Source: Macrostomum lignano (lineage: Eukaryota). Taken from it: a stretch of 64,000 nt of DNA. Below the pieces are notes generated by a model, which did no database searches, had not been told where the DNA came from, and worked only from the letters and a program-made list of their open reading frames with translations. The DNA lies in contig NIVC01002872.1 of the NCBI GenBank assembly GCA_002269645.1, positions 68,840 to 132,839 on the forward strand, written 5' to 3'. Position numbers and translations under genes: made by a program. This document shows positions 11,611-43,160 of this stretch, piece by piece. How positions within the stretch are numbered: the first letter of the stretch is position 1; every line of letters begins with the position of its first letter.

Positions 11611-12427
11611 TTACCCAATGCAGATCACAATTCTTTCTATTTCTTACCCTGTTTTTCTAGCCAACCGCCTCAGCACTACCAATCCTGCTTGAGCTTGCCC
11701 GCTGTGAGTAAGACTGCTGGTGCTGCTGTAGTTCGTAGCAATTTTAAATAAAATGCGAAGATCTCTCTCTCTCTCCTCCTCTCTCTTTCTTTTTCTGTCT
11801 CGTTTAGTAATTGCGGAAAGGACAGACGATAATGGTGAGCTTCTGCCTAAATGCTCTGCAACTTCCCCGCTCTTATTCCTGCTTCTATGAAAATAGTCTT
11901 CTTCAAAAACCAGTTGAGGGGTGTGTCTCTGTACAAAGCAAACAATGGGGTTTGGCTGTGTTGGATGGGTTAGAACGAGCTGAGGGCTTAGAACTTCGCT
12001 AAGCTGCTAGATGAGAAGCTGCTCTCTCTCTCTAGATATAAAGTGATGAAGGCCTGCGGGTGACAACCAAAGAACCTATACCCGTACGAGCGTATGTAGG
12101 GACGAGGCTTCATCACTTGACCGGTGGCTGTCTGTTTCGAAGCATCTTCCAGACCATAGTAGTAAACAGTTCTTTCTCTCTCCCTCTCTCTCTTTCTAAT
12201 TCCAACTCTTATTTTCAACTGGATTGAGCTGCTTTAACCTTGCTAAAATCTAAGGCATGTTTTAGCCAATATAATCTATGTGCATTAATGAGATACTAAT
12301 TTGTAAATGCTGATATTGATGTAAGCGTACTTGTTAGCAAATTGCATTGCAAGAGTATATTATTTCAGTGTCAATTCGAAACAGACTCCGTTGACAGAGA
12401 AGACAAAACATCCTTTCTTTGTCTCCG

Positions 12428-12685
12428 TTAGGAGTTTGCTTGCAGAGAGTTAATTGGTTGCTGGGAGTTTGCTTGCAGAGAGTTAATTGCTTGCAGGGAG
12501 TTTGCTTGCAGAGAGTTAATTGCTTGCAGGGAGTTTGCTTGCAGAGAGTTAATTGCTTGCAGGGAGTTTGCTTGCAGAGAGTTAATTGCTTGCAGGGAGT
12601 TTGCTTGCAGAGAGTTAATTGCTTGCAGGGAGTTTGCTTGCAGGGAGTTTGCTTGCAGGGAGTTTGCTTGCAGGGAGTTTGCTTC
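12428..12685. repeat. 33-bp minisatellite
   Basis: Tandem GGGAGTTTGCTTGCAGAGAGTTAATTGCTTGCA, decaying into 15-bp subunits. Confidence 0.92.
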
Positions 12686-12944
12686 GTACACTCCGCGCAT
12701 TAGACAAGGCCAGCGTGCACTGCGTCAATCTGCAGTTCAAGAGAGTCCGTCAACGTCCAAGTCTCTGCGCAGTACAGCAGGACGGTCTCGACCAACGCCT
12801 GGAATAGCGTCGCCCAACGTCTTCAATTTTTATCTTGCCGGCATAGCTACAGCTGCATCACGTCAAACGCATTTACCTTTCTTCGTCCCAACATTTCCAA
12901 TCACGTGACCAGATAATCTATTGGAAATCGAAAACCAATCTCTA

Positions 12945-13265
12945 TTTATTAGAGACAGTAGGGCAGGGGGGCTGTGTGCAACCTGGCGCATTTTAAGCGA
13001 CATTGGCACACAACCGGCGAGAGGCATTGCTGCCCATTCCGCCGACTCCCCTGAGCAGGCACACAAGCGCGCGGATACGTACGCAGTCATACGCACAGGC
13101 ACACACTTACACAGGAGTGTACAGCGGCCCTAACTTTATTTATCGTTAGGCATGTACACTTCACTGTGCCTTGGGGGTTGGCCCTCAAGGGCGTTAATTG
13201 CACGAGCAGAGCCAAGCCGAGATTCCAATTCAGCCCCAAATTAATGTGACTGCACTTGGAATCGA
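12945..13265 (-). mobile_element. tRNA-derived SINE family B, 5'-truncated copy
   Basis: Near-identical to the copies at 34986-35348 and 54561-54916 but lacks the tRNA-like head. Confidence 0.85.
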
Positions 13266-14037
13266 GTGTGAGGTTGCGTTTGATTTGTGAATTTGGGGTG
13301 GGGGCTGCTCTCTTATTACTTGCATCTTGATTTACTCTGTGCATGCCCTCCACCCCAGTTGGGTGAGTCATTTTATTACCTTTCTATCACTGACAATATA
13401 ATCGCTCCCTATAGTTATCGTGCATGCCAAATAATATACTTCGTGAATTCCAATATACTAAAAATGGTCTGTCTGTGTCTATCTATCTATCTATCTATCT
13501 ATCTATGTGATCGATTAGAGAAAAAATGGCTGGACCGATTTTGTTCGAACTTGCACTGTTCGATCAGAAATTTTCCCGTGACGGTACATGCATCGTGGCT
13601 AAGAAATTGCTCAATGCTAGAGGCATTAAATATTCGAAAAACATGCTTTTTTGCAAAGGTCAAGCAAACTTTTTGACTTGAAATGCATTGTAAGAATGCT
13701 AGAGAAAAAACTGACTGGTTGAATTCTGACTCTGAAATAGATTGCATCATAACTGAATTGTAACTCTGACTTGAATTGAAAATGCAGTGTGGAAGCCTAG
13801 CACCAGACTTGATTTAAATTGCGTAACCATATTGTTAACTGATACTGACTGACTGAGAAACTGATTATGTCATAACTGCTTCGTGTGATTTACTCTATGC
13901 TTGGATTTTAAACTGTTGAATTATATATATATGTGCAAAATTTGATAAATGCAGCGACGATGGTTCGAATTTTCATAGAATATAATTTTTTCAATTAAAG
14001 CTTTTCAACGTCAGGAAAACTAAAAGACTTTTTAAAA

Positions 14038-17000
14038 AGAAGCGTCATGTAAAAATCATAGAAGCGTCATATAAAAATCATAGATGCGTCATTTAAAAAA
14101 TCATAGAAGCATCGTATAAAAATCATAGAAGCGTCATGTAAACAATCATAGAAGCGTCATGTAAACAATCATAGAAGCGCCATGTAAAAATCATAGAAGC
14201 GTCATGTAAACAATCATAGAAGCGTCATGTAAACAATCATAGAAGCGTCATGTCAAAATCATAGAAGCGTCATGTAAACAATCATAGAAGCGTCATGAAA
14301 CAATCATAGAAGCGTCATGAAACAATCATAGAAGCGTCATGTAAACAATCATAGAAGCGTCATATAAACAATCATAGAAGCGTCATGTAAAAATCATAGA
14401 AGCGTCATGTAACCAATCATAGAAGCGTCATGAAACAATCATAGAAGCGTCATGTAAAAATCATAGAAGCGTCATGTAAACAATCATAGAAGCGTCATGT
14501 AAACAATCATAGAAGCGCCATGTAAAAATCATAAAAGCGACATGTAAAAATCATAGAAGCGTCATGTAAAATCATAGAATCGTCCTGCCAAAATCGTAGA
14601 AGCGTCATGTAAAAAATCCTTGAAGCGTCATGTAAACAATCATAGAAGCGTCATGAAACAATCATAGAAGCGTCATGTAAACAATCATAGAAGCGTCATG
14701 TAAACAATCCTAGAAGCGTCATGTAAAAAATCATAGAAGCGTCATGTAAACAATCATAGAAGCGCCAAGTAAAAATCATAAAAGCGTCATGTAAACAATC
14801 ATAGAAGCGTCATGTAAACAATCATAGAAGCGTCATGTAAACAATCATAGAAGCGTCATGTAAACAATCCTAGAAGCGTCATGTAAACAATCATAGAAGC
14901 GTCATGTAAACAATCCTAGAAGCGTCATGTAAACAATCATAGAAGCGTCATGTAAACAGTCATAGAAGCGCCAAGTAAAAATCATAAAAGCGTCATGTAA
15001 ACAATCATTCAAGCGTCATTTAAACAATCATAGAAGCGTCATGTAAACAATCATTCAAGCGTCATTTAAACAATCATAGAAGCGTCATGTAAACAAGCAT
15101 AGAAGAATGTAAACAATCATAGAAGCGTCATGTAAACAATCATTCAAGCGTCATTTAAACAATCATAGAAGCGTCATGTAAACAAGCATAGAAGCGTCAT
15201 GTAAAAATCATAGAAGCGTCATGTAAACAATCATAGAAGCGTCATGTAAACAATCATAGAAGCGTCATGTCAAAATCATAGAAGCGTCATGTAAACAATC
15301 ATAGAAGCGTCATGAAACAATCATAGAAGCGTCATGAAACAATCATAGAAGCGTCATGTAAACAATCATAGAAGCGTCATATAAACAATCATAGAAGCGT
15401 CATGTAAAAATCATAGAAGCGTCATGTAAACAATCATAGAAGCGTCATGAAACAATCATAGAAGCGTCATGTAAAAATCATAGAAGCGTCATGTAAACAA
15501 TCATAGAAGCGTCATGTAAACAATCATAGAAGCGCCATGTAAAAATCATAAAAGCGACATGTAAAAATCATAGAAGCGTCATGTAAAATCATAGAATCGT
15601 CCTGCCAAAATCGTAGAAGCGTCATGTAAAAAATCCTTGAAGCGTCATGTAAACAATCATAGAAGCGTCATGAAACAATCATAGAAGCGTCATGTAAACA
15701 ATCATAGAAGCGTCATGTAAACAATCCTAGAAGCGTCATGTAAACAATCCTAGAAGCGTCATGTAAACAATCATAGAAGCGTCATGTAAACAATCCTAGA
15801 AGCGTCATGTAAACAATCATTCAAGCGTCATTTAAACAATCATAGAAGCGTCATGTAAACAATCATTCAAGCGTCATTTAAACAATCATAGAAGCGTCAT
15901 GTAAACAAGCATAGAAGAATGTAAACAATCATAGAAGCGTCATGTAAACAATCATTCAAGCGTCATTTAAACAATCATAGAAGCGTCATGTAAACAAGCA
16001 TAGAAGCGTCATGTAAAAATCATAGAAGCGTCATGTAAACAATCATAGAAGCGTCATGTCAAAATCATAGAAGCGTCATGTAAACAATCATAGAAGCGTC
16101 ATGAAACAATCATAGAAGCGTCATGTAAACAATCATAGAAGCGCCATGTAAACAATCATAGAAGCGTCATGTAAAAATCATAGAAGCGTCATGTAAACAA
16201 TCATAGAAGCGTCATAAAACAATCATAGAAACGTCATGTAAAAATCATAGAAGCGTCATGTAAACAATCATAGACGCGTCATGTAAACAATCATAGAAGC
16301 GTCATGTAAACAATCATAGAAGCGTCATGTAAACAATCATAGAAGCGCCATGTAAAAATCATAAAAGCGTCATGTAAACAATCATTCAAGCGTCATTTAA
16401 ACAATCATAGAAGCGTCATGTAAACAAGCATAGAAGAATGTAAACAATCATAGAAGCGTCATGTAAAAATCATAGAAGCGTCATGAAACAATCATAGAAG
16501 CGTCATGTAAAAAATCATAAAAGCGTCATGTAAAAATCGTAGAAGCGTCATGTAAAAATCATAGAAGCGTCATGTAAAATCATAGAAGCGTCATGTAAAA
16601 ATCATAGAAGCGTCATGTAAAATCGTAGAATCGTCCAGCCAAAATCGTAGAAGCGTCATGTAAAAAATCATAGAAGCGTCATGTAAAAATCATAGAAGCG
16701 TCATGTAAAATCATAGAATCATCCTGCCAAAATCGTAGAAGCGTCATGTAAAAAATCATTGAAGCGTCATGTAAACAATCATAGAAGCGTCATGAAACAA
16801 TCATAGAAGCGTCATGTAAACAATCATAGAAGCGTCATGTAAACAATCCTAGAAGCGTTATGTAAACAATCCTAGAAGCGTCATGTAAACAATCATAGAA
16901 GCGTCATGTAAACAATCCTAGAAGCGTCATGTAAACAATCATAGAAGCGTCATGTAAACAATCATAGAAGCGCCATGTAAAAATCATAGAAGCATCATGT

Positions 17001-17850
17001 AAACAATCATAGAAGCGATATATAAAAATCATAGAAGCGTTATGTAAAAATGATAGAAGCGTCATATAAAAAATCATAGAAGGGTCATGTAAACAATCAT
17101 AGAAGCGTCATATAAAAATCATAGAAGCGTCATGTAAACAATCATAGAAGCGTCATGAAACAATCATAGAAGCGTCATGTAAACAATCATAGAAGCGTCA
17201 TGAAACAATCATAGAAGCGTCATGTAAACAATCATAGAAGCGCCATGTAAAAAATCATAGAAGCGTCATGTAAACAATCATAGAAGCGTCATGTAAAAAT
17301 CATAGAAGCGTCATATAAAAATCATAGATGCGTCATATAAAAATCATAGATGCGTCATGTAAACAATCATAGAAGCGTCATGTAAACAATCATAGAAGCG
17401 TCATGTAAACAATCATAGAAGCGTCATGTAAAAAATCATAGAAGCGTCATGTAATGAATCATAGAAGCGTCATGTAAACAATCATAGAAGCGTCATGTAA
17501 ACAATCATAGAAGCGTCATGTAAAAATCATAGAAGCGTCATGTAAAAAATCATAGAAGCGTCATGTAAACAATCATAGAAGCGTCATGTAAAAAATCGTA
17601 GAAGCGTCATTTAAAAATCATAGAAAGCGTTATTTAAAATAATCATAGAAGCGTCATGTAAACAATCAGAGAAGCGTCATGTAAACAATCATAGAAGCGT
17701 CATGTAAAAAATCATAGAAGCGTCATGTAAACAATCATAGAAGCGTCAAGAAAAAATCATAGAAGCGTCATGTAAAAAAAGTCATAGAAGCGTCATGTTA
17801 AAATCATAAAAGCGTCATGAAAAAATCATAGAAGCCTCATTTAAAAACTA
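14038..17850. repeat. 21-23-bp satellite array (about 3.8 kb)
   Basis: Tandem AATCATAGAAGCGTCATGTAAAC and variants. Confidence 0.97.
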
Positions 17851-18757
17851 AGGAAAGTGTCATTTAAAAAATTAAGAAGCATCATGGTAGAATAAAAGAA
17901 GCGTCATGTCAGACATGAAGGGTGTCATGTAAAAATAAATGCAGCTATAATTCTGTGCTGGGGAGAAAAACTGAGACGTTAAGGCTCTCAGAGAATAACT
18001 GAGATTACGGGGGGGGGGGGTTGCTGAGATGTCAAAGCAAAAGTCAGAAGCTACTTCAAAGTTCATGTACTTTACTCAATTTTTTTATTACATTCTTTGT
18101 TGGCTCGCCACGGGGGGGGTCGCTGATAGAAGAAGAGTCATGTAAAAAATAAAAGTAGCACTATGTATACATAAAAGAAAAGTCATGTCGAAGTTAAAAG
18201 ATTCATTTGGGAATTGCTATGATGTCAAAGCTTGGAGGGAATCGTTACAGTGCTGTGATTCTTAAAGAAGGAATCACTAAAATGTCAAGGCTTAGGGGAG
18301 AAGAATTGCTGAGATTCAAGGCTTTAGGTTGGGTTAAAGTTAGGTTTAGGTCAGGTGTGGGTTGAGGGTTATATTTTATCGGGTTTCAAGGTTAACGGGG
18401 GATTTTTCAGATTTCAAGGTTTATGGAGGCCATCGCTGACATGTCAAGGCTTACGGGGGAATAGCTGAGATGTCAAGGCTCACGGGGGTATAAATGAGAT
18501 TTCAAAGCTAAAGTCAGAAGCTACATGTAAACAATCATGTAAAGTTTATTGAAAACTTTTTATTACATTATTTGATGCCTCCTCAGGGGAGGGATCGCTG
18601 ATAAAAAAAGCGTAATGTAAAAAATAAAAGAAGCTTCATGTCGAAGTTAAGAGATTCATTTGGGAATCCCTACGATGTCGAGGCTTGCAGGAAATCGCTA
18701 TAATGCTGTAGCAGTGCTATAATGACTCTTAGAGAGAATTACTGAAATGTCAATGCT

Positions 18758-18825
18758 TTAGGGTTAGGTTAGGGTTAGGGTTAGGGTTAGGGTTAGGGTT
18801 AGGGTTAGGCTAGGGTTAGGGTTAG
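18758..18825 (+). repeat. Interstitial telomere-type (TTAGGG)n tract
   Basis: About 11 TTAGGG units, some variant. Shorter tracts at about 50253-50270 and 51703-51727. Confidence 0.9.
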
Positions 18826-19578
18826 AAGGTTGACAGATATTTTTAGATTTCCAAGGCTTATTGGGGGCATTGCTGAGATGTCAAGGGGGGGAGTTGATAT
18901 GTTAAAGCTTGTGGTGGGGAATTACTGACATGTCAAGGCTTACAAGGTTTGACAGGAGATTTTTTAAGATTTCAAGGATACATGTAGCTTATTAAAAAAA
19001 CGTGTAGCGATTGCATTTCTTTGGCTCCCCAACGGGGGGCGTAGATTGCTAGTTTGACTCTAATTTCTCAGCTCTTACACGAGCCTGGGCCGCTGGCACA
19101 TCAAAGCGCCGCGCTGGACCACTGTGCTACGGCCCCATCGAAAGCAATCATATACACCTGAGACAGTGCACCAGCTAGTCTAATGTAAGAAGTTCAGTAT
19201 TTAGGCAACATTTTTTCTTCTAGGAGGTCCCACAGCAACTGCTATGAATGATTAATTTTTTACATCAGCATTGAAGATAATTAATATCCCAGTGTGCTGA
19301 AAGCAAAGACGTCTAATTTACAAGTAAAAGCTTTGTCGGGCCAGCCCGAAAGAAAAATATCAGTGTCATATTTTAATGTGTGTAGCATTTATTTATAATT
19401 AATCAATGATTTGCAGGGCATAGATTAGATTATATAAATTCATATTTAAAGCTATAGTCTTGAATCAATCAGTTTTATTAGACAACGCGATAGAAGACGA
19501 CGCACCATCTCAATACTGTTAGCCTGATTTGTAGGTTGTAAAAAATCATTTTTTGTTACAAATTTGCGTGGCCTCTCA

Positions 19579-22576
19579 TTAAGTGTCATGCTGCTTGCAC
19601 GGCACCTTCGGTCGTTGAACAAGGGTGCCAATAATCTGGTTCTGGAAGACGAACACTTTGATCCGATCGAACACGAACAAGAACACCAGCAGCAGGGGCA
19701 CATACTGCACCCAGGCCCATTTGATCAGGTGCCAGAAACCCGTCAGGTACAGAACCCTTGCCGGCGGGTAATACACGGTGGCGTTCAATCTGAAGGGTTC
19801 ACCAGTTGGCCGGCCCGTCTCCCACACGTACAGCGCATTGTCGAACATGGTGGTCACTGAGTGAGCAGTTTTTTTTAGAACGAGTTGGTGTTTATGATAG
19901 TTTTGTCCTTATTTTCTAGTATATTAACATCTTCATAATTTAAATAATGCAGATTCTCTACCCCTCTGTGCACAGTGTACACCACCTCCTGTTGATTCTC
20001 TACCCCTCTGTGCACAATGTACATCACTTCCTGTTGATTCTCTACCCCTCTGTGCACAGTGTACATCACTTCCTGCAGATTCCCTACCCCTCTGTGCACA
20101 GTGTACATCACTTCCTGCAGATTCTCTACCCCTCTGTGCACAGTGTACATCACTTCCTGCAGATTCTCTACCCCTCTGTGCACAGTGTACATCACTTCCT
20201 GCAGATTCTCTACCCCTCTGTGCACAGTGTACATCACTTCCTGCAGATTCTCTACCCCTCTGTGCACAGCGTACATAAAAAAACAATAAAAAGTCTTACC
20301 ATTTCGTTGTTGATAATTCAAAAATATTTTCGATAGCTGATAGTCTGAACTGACGACACTGGTGCTGGGAATGACCGAGTCCTTTCAACAGAAAAAATAG
20401 GTATAGTAAAAATTGATAAAACTTACATAACCAGATTGATTACAATTTTAAAAGCCCGAATAAAAACCCTGACGAACTCACATTATAACGAACATCTATT
20501 CCCGATGATTTTAGCGGCGTCTTTTGCTTGAAGCTGAGCTGTCCAGTTGCCGACAGAGAAGCGCCCGACTGACTAGATGAGTAGTCTATGTAGGCCATGC
20601 TCTGCATTGTGAAGTCCGACAGTTTCTGTGGGAGATCAGTAGCGTTCATGTTAAAGTCCAAGCCTTGCAATTGAGCAATAAAAATTTCAATTGGTTTCAT
20701 ACGAAGTATTTTTGGCCATTAGGCCAAACTTCTACAGACAGGGGAGTCGCCATGGATGTTATGGTTGGGGGGGGGGGACAAAGCCAAGAATTTTACAAAG
20801 CATTGTCATGTCTCCCCATTGCTCTTAATGGGGGGACATGTCTCCCCGTCCTTCCCGGTAGCGACGCCCCTGGCTGCAGAATACGAGCTCTAGATTCATA
20901 AAAACTAAACGGTTGATAAATTAAATGCATCTAAAAGTGCAATTATTTAACTAGCATTGTCCCTGTACAAGGCAGTACTTACAGACAGCTAAAATAGTAT
21001 ATATTATGGACATTCATTCAAGCATACAAACCTTAGAGATTTAGTATATTTAGATTGTTAACTTCTGCTAACTACCCTACTTTCAGTAGAAGTATAGGAA
21101 AATACTTAAAATAAAAATAACAAGGAAAATATACCGTCTACTTTAATACTAGAAAAAAATTTGTTTTTAAATCAGCACAACAGCTGGTATCGACTGTGCA
21201 CTTCAAGTAGCACCTGCTCCCCACAGCTCAGGGCATGATTTCGGCACTGACTCCCAAGCCGCCCACTCACCGAGAGTTTGTAGTCAAACAGAAGGATGAG
21301 CTTGGCTGCTAGAATGTTCTCGCCGGAAGCCAGCGGCGCTTCAATCTGCACCAACAATGATTCGTATTTTCCATCCAAATTAGAGTCCGACTCCATGACC
21401 TTCATTTGCACCGCCAGTAGATTTTCCTGCTGCAGAGCGTTCAAGTTTGTCATTGTGCTCCATGTCCATTGGGTGGTGCTGGTGCTGAGGATGAGCAATG
21501 CCTGGTATTTGAATCGCACAACTGGCTGCTCAGTGTAGAAATCTTCCTTCTTCCAGAATCCTAGATTTTTTAAGAAAATCAAAGTTCAAGCAAATAACCA
21601 ATAGAAATTACCAAATGAATCCCTCCATTAAATTATATTAGTACTAGGATTTTGTGCTTATGCTCGTAACATATTTTCAAATAATTTCTAAGAAAATATA
21701 TCTTCTAGTTAACTTTCAGTATGTAAACTAGTACGCCAAAACTCTTTGTTTTAACAGTATACTAAAATATATTGAATTACATATATTGTTATTTTTTATT
21801 CCAAAAGCAATTTTTTATTCCATTAGAATCGAATAGTTGACACTTGATACTTGAATTTATATACTATATTCTTTTAGATCTATTTAAGTACTACTTGGCA
21901 AACAAAGTCTGTTTTGAAGGTTTAGTTGCTATTTTTCTCTATAAATGTTTGAATAGAATTTGTAAAGAAACCCATCCTTAGGTTATTTTTTTAAAATATA
22001 TGCCAAAAATCGAACCCAGCATAAACATATTTTTTACTTTCAAATTTTATTAGGAATTTAAATAGACTACATTTTTTAAATTTATATTGTTAAATATTTT
22101 TGCAATAAGGACAAGGAGAATATGAACAAAGACTATGGTGCTAAACCGAAAACCTTAAAAACCTTAAGTAAATATAGGCTTGTTATATAAATTTTAAAGG
22201 AAAACAATAGCAAAACAAATAACAAACATATTAAACAAACTACCATTGTAACTTCCATGTTTTATTATATCTATTTTTTATTTTATATTTCTGTTTCACA
22301 GCACTTAACTGAACCATCAGTTACTGTCTTAAAAGAGTCTAAAACCATTAAAAAAATGTGGCACTGCAATCTAAGCGCTTTTCTAAGCAAAACTTTTAGA
22401 CAGGAGATGCAGTCACAAACTGCAAATACCCGCTTACCATATGCTCGATACACCGACAAAAGTGGAGCTACAAATGTTAGTATTACGCAACATATAAGAA
22501 AAAATGTAGCCTTGGAAACTAGCGTAGATTTATAAACTCTAACTTCTGGGTGTGAAAATATTTCATGCAAAGCCAT
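19579..22576 (-). CDS. TMEM231: Transmembrane protein 231 (ciliary transition zone, MKS complex), 310 aa, 5 coding exons
   Basis: Exons 22576-22438, 21560-21271, 20625-20482, 20381-20300 and 19856-19579 (933 nt, all GT-AG). Diagnostic segments: MALHEIFSHP, GFWKKEDFYTEQPVVRF, MQSMAYI, GFWHLIKWAWVQYV, RIKVFVFQNQ. Confidence 0.93.
19947..20277. repeat. 42-bp minisatellite in TMEM231 intron 4
   Basis: Tandem GCAGATTCTCTACCCCTCTGTGCACAGTGTACATCACTTCCT. Confidence 0.93.
20739..20872. mobile_element. hAT-like MITE (134 bp) in TMEM231 intron 2
   Basis: TIRs CAGGGGAGTCGC / GCGACGCCCCTG. Degenerate 8-bp TSD TCTACAGA / GCTGCAGA (6 of 8 match). Confidence 0.6.
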
Positions 22577-24385
22577 AACTGAAAACCAAGTCCTACAGCA
22601 TCAGAAAATATTTGATAAAAATCCTAAAATCGTCAATAAAAAACAGAATTCCTTTGCGTCAAATTCACTGAGGAATAGTGGGCACTAGATATTTATTCAG
22701 AATAAATTGATATTAAATAATTGATGATAAAAACATAAAATTTTACATATTGAAATAAAAGAATTTCACTATAATCATTTGAAAACATTTTAATGCGTAA
22801 AATTTGTTTAAACTTTTAATAACACCGAAATTATAAAAAAATTTTGTACTGATTTACAATTTATTGCGGAGCGCAAAAAAACAGTAATTGGATACAATAA
22901 CCCTGAATCGTTTCGTATAATTTGCTTTATCAAATAGAATGAGATCGAAAAACATCGTTCATTATTTTAGTTTACTGAAACAACTTGATTCGTGCGCAAC
23001 AAAAATTACTCTGAGCATTTAATACTGCATTGATCGGGATCGCACCTTTAGGCTGCAGCTAAGAAATTTAATTTATCAAAATTTAAGGCCTAAATATCTA
23101 CATAGTACATCTATGTAATTGGATTATCGGGCGCTGGACTTCTGCAGCTGTGCATCCGCCGGCCGAAGGCAGAGACATATGCAGCTTTGATGACATCTTT
23201 TTATAGCAAAACAACAAAATTATAGTGCTTCGTATTTCTTTTTTGGTTCTTTATTGCCACGCTCAACGCTATGCGTTCTTTGTAAATATAAGCATCGGCT
23301 TCACGCACTTGTCCGCGGATGACCGCGAGATATGCGCAGGCTAGCTGTCAACTGCAAAACGACGTACTGCTCTGCAAAGAAGAGAACTCTTAAAGCATCT
23401 TTGGATTGTACATTTTGCGTGCATATCTTGTGAAAATTTTCTAAAGTTTAGTATAAGAAACCTGATCAAAATTTCTCCATGTACATGGTAACCATCAACG
23501 TGCATGCTTGGATGCTGAGCCACTTTCCAACTGCGCTGCCCAGAGTTAATGGTTACAACTGTACTCAAACACACAAACTCATGGGAATTAAAATTTACAA
23601 GTGAGAAAACTACAGTGAAAAAGAAATACATGTACTCGTAAGCCTTTATTTAATCAACAACGAAAAGAAGCGAGAAAAGTATACTATTTGCTAAAATAGA
23701 AAAGCTCGAGAGAAAAACAGCGCACTTCCAAAAGCGATTAATTTTACAATACGTGCACAGTTGCAACCAAAGATAGCATTTCAGTCTCAGCAAAGTTGAC
23801 GCGTGCATTGTCAAAAAGCTACTGAAAATTTATAAAACAATCCAGCTGTTAAAATAAGTCCGCATACCAAAAAGCAAATAAACATATTTACTTACATGTA
23901 AGGCTGTGAGAATTGGATGGCAAGCAAAGTAAACCGGAATGTTTAATTGAAGCTTTATCATTAAAACTATAACAAAATAATTCGTTACTCGCAGCATTTT
24001 TTTTCGCAAATTGTAAAACACAAGCCAGATTAAAAATTTATTTCTTCCACAGCTGATGAATTTATGTACACTTGTACGATTGTAAGCCTCCAAAAATAAA
24101 GAATAAAAGCATTTGAGTTCATAAAAGGTCAAAATAGTTGCAGAGTGTCAAGGTAGCAAATTAATTTTGAAACCGTATAGCTCTTCCGTAGGCAACGAGC
24201 CAATCAAAGTGCAGTAAAATCCATTTTTCAGGCAGCTAATTAAACTTTTCTTCAAAAAGGTAAACTAGCTACTATATAGTAGGCTGATCTGCTAATAGCT
24301 GCGACTATATATTTGCCTTTAAAAATTAAAATCAGTTTATCAAGTTGTTTAAATTATGTGACAGGATATTCCATAAGCAGATGGT

Positions 24386-42017
<17,632 letters not shown>

Positions 42018-42583
42018 CTCTGAAAAAAAGTAGTAAAAGTTAAATGAATGAGATTTGCTATTGTTCGCTATTGATTATTTTGGTGTTGCAAAGTAAAGTA
42101 TGAAAGCGTAGTATAAATAATTTTCTCGGTTAGCTGTGATCATCATACCTTGTCGTACATTTACTTGCATTATATAATTTTTTATTTGTGTATGCCGCTG
42201 CAAAAACAGGACTCAGCGACAAATCAAGAGGTGTCAAAAATGCATGCGTCATCCAAAAAATAGAGCGAATAGCTATAGTAACTCAAACAAACAGAATGTG
42301 ATACATCACATGTACGAAACGACTATTTTTTGTGTGAATCGTCCAATTTTGTTTATTTTAGGAACCCAAACACCAAAATTACTCAAAGAAGCATTTGCTA
42401 GCGAGTGTAGAGAATAATTAGTCCGGGAAAGGAGCTGTCCTATGCACCTTATTTTACCGTAGTTTAGTCTTTACCAAACCGTATTGACAATTCAACTCAA
42501 TTGGTTTATTTTACTGACACAAATTACGTTTAGACGACACAAATATTAACGTATCAGAAAAATTGATCTGAAAGTAAACTTAC

Positions 42584-42676
42584 TGAAGTTGTAAAATCAA
42601 GGCAGGAAGTCTCAGTTATCTTTGAATTTGGTCCGTAAAGTGCCCAGGCGTTCTCGCGTTCATGGCTTCTTATATA
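42584..42676 (-). promoter_or_regulatory. Candidate NCX TATA box and short non-coding first exon
   Basis: TATATAAG on the minus strand at about 42669-42676 and a donor CTTCA|GTAAGT at 42583. It pairs with the acceptor TTTTTTCAG|AGATG (42020) two nt before the start codon. Confidence 0.5.
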
Positions 42677-43048
42677 GACAAAATATATTTAGATTTTAAC
42701 AATTTCAACTATCGCTAAAAAAATCAGCTTCTTTTTTTATTTAAAAGTTTTTTCTCAGAGGACAAAAAAAGCTAAATACCTACTTTATAGTGTTTGGTAA
42801 GTATTAATATTGTTGTCTTTGTTATACTTGTTATAACATTTAAAATCCACTGACGCCGACGACGCCATCATAACTAGAAAAAAAAGAAGAATAATAATAA
42901 TCGTTGCCTGCCGCCAGCTTTTTTATGGACCAAAAATATCATTACACAATACACACTACTGGCGGCACTAATAGAATTGGCTTGAAGCGTGACTGATTGC
43001 AGAGCCGCCCTATATAAAATTGCAATTGACGCTATAGTTAGTCAGTCT

Positions 43049-43160
43049 GGCTATCCTGTAGTTTCGCACGTTAAATTATTTTACGGAATTATTTCGCCCT
43101 CTATTCAAGGGTGGTGGGGGGTGGGGATAATAATTTAACGTGCGAAACTACAGGATAGCC
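43049..43160. mobile_element. Merlin-like MITE (112 bp)
   Basis: Perfect 32-bp TIR GGCTATCCTGTAGTTTCGCACGTTAAATTATT and perfect 8-bp TSD GTCAGTCT (43041-43048, 43161-43168). Confidence 0.88.

Larger units (their letters stand above)
13449..19052 (+). mobile_element. Non-autonomous Helitron, about 5.6 kb, carrying a central satellite array
   Basis: 5' end TCCAATATACTAAAAATGGTCTGTCTG, followed by (CTAT)n and AAAATGGCTGGACCGATTTT, as in invertebrate non-autonomous Helitrons. 3' end is a hairpin CCCCAACGGGG, about 10 nt, then CTAG (19049-19052) followed by T. The base before the 5' TC is T rather than the canonical A. Confidence 0.65.
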
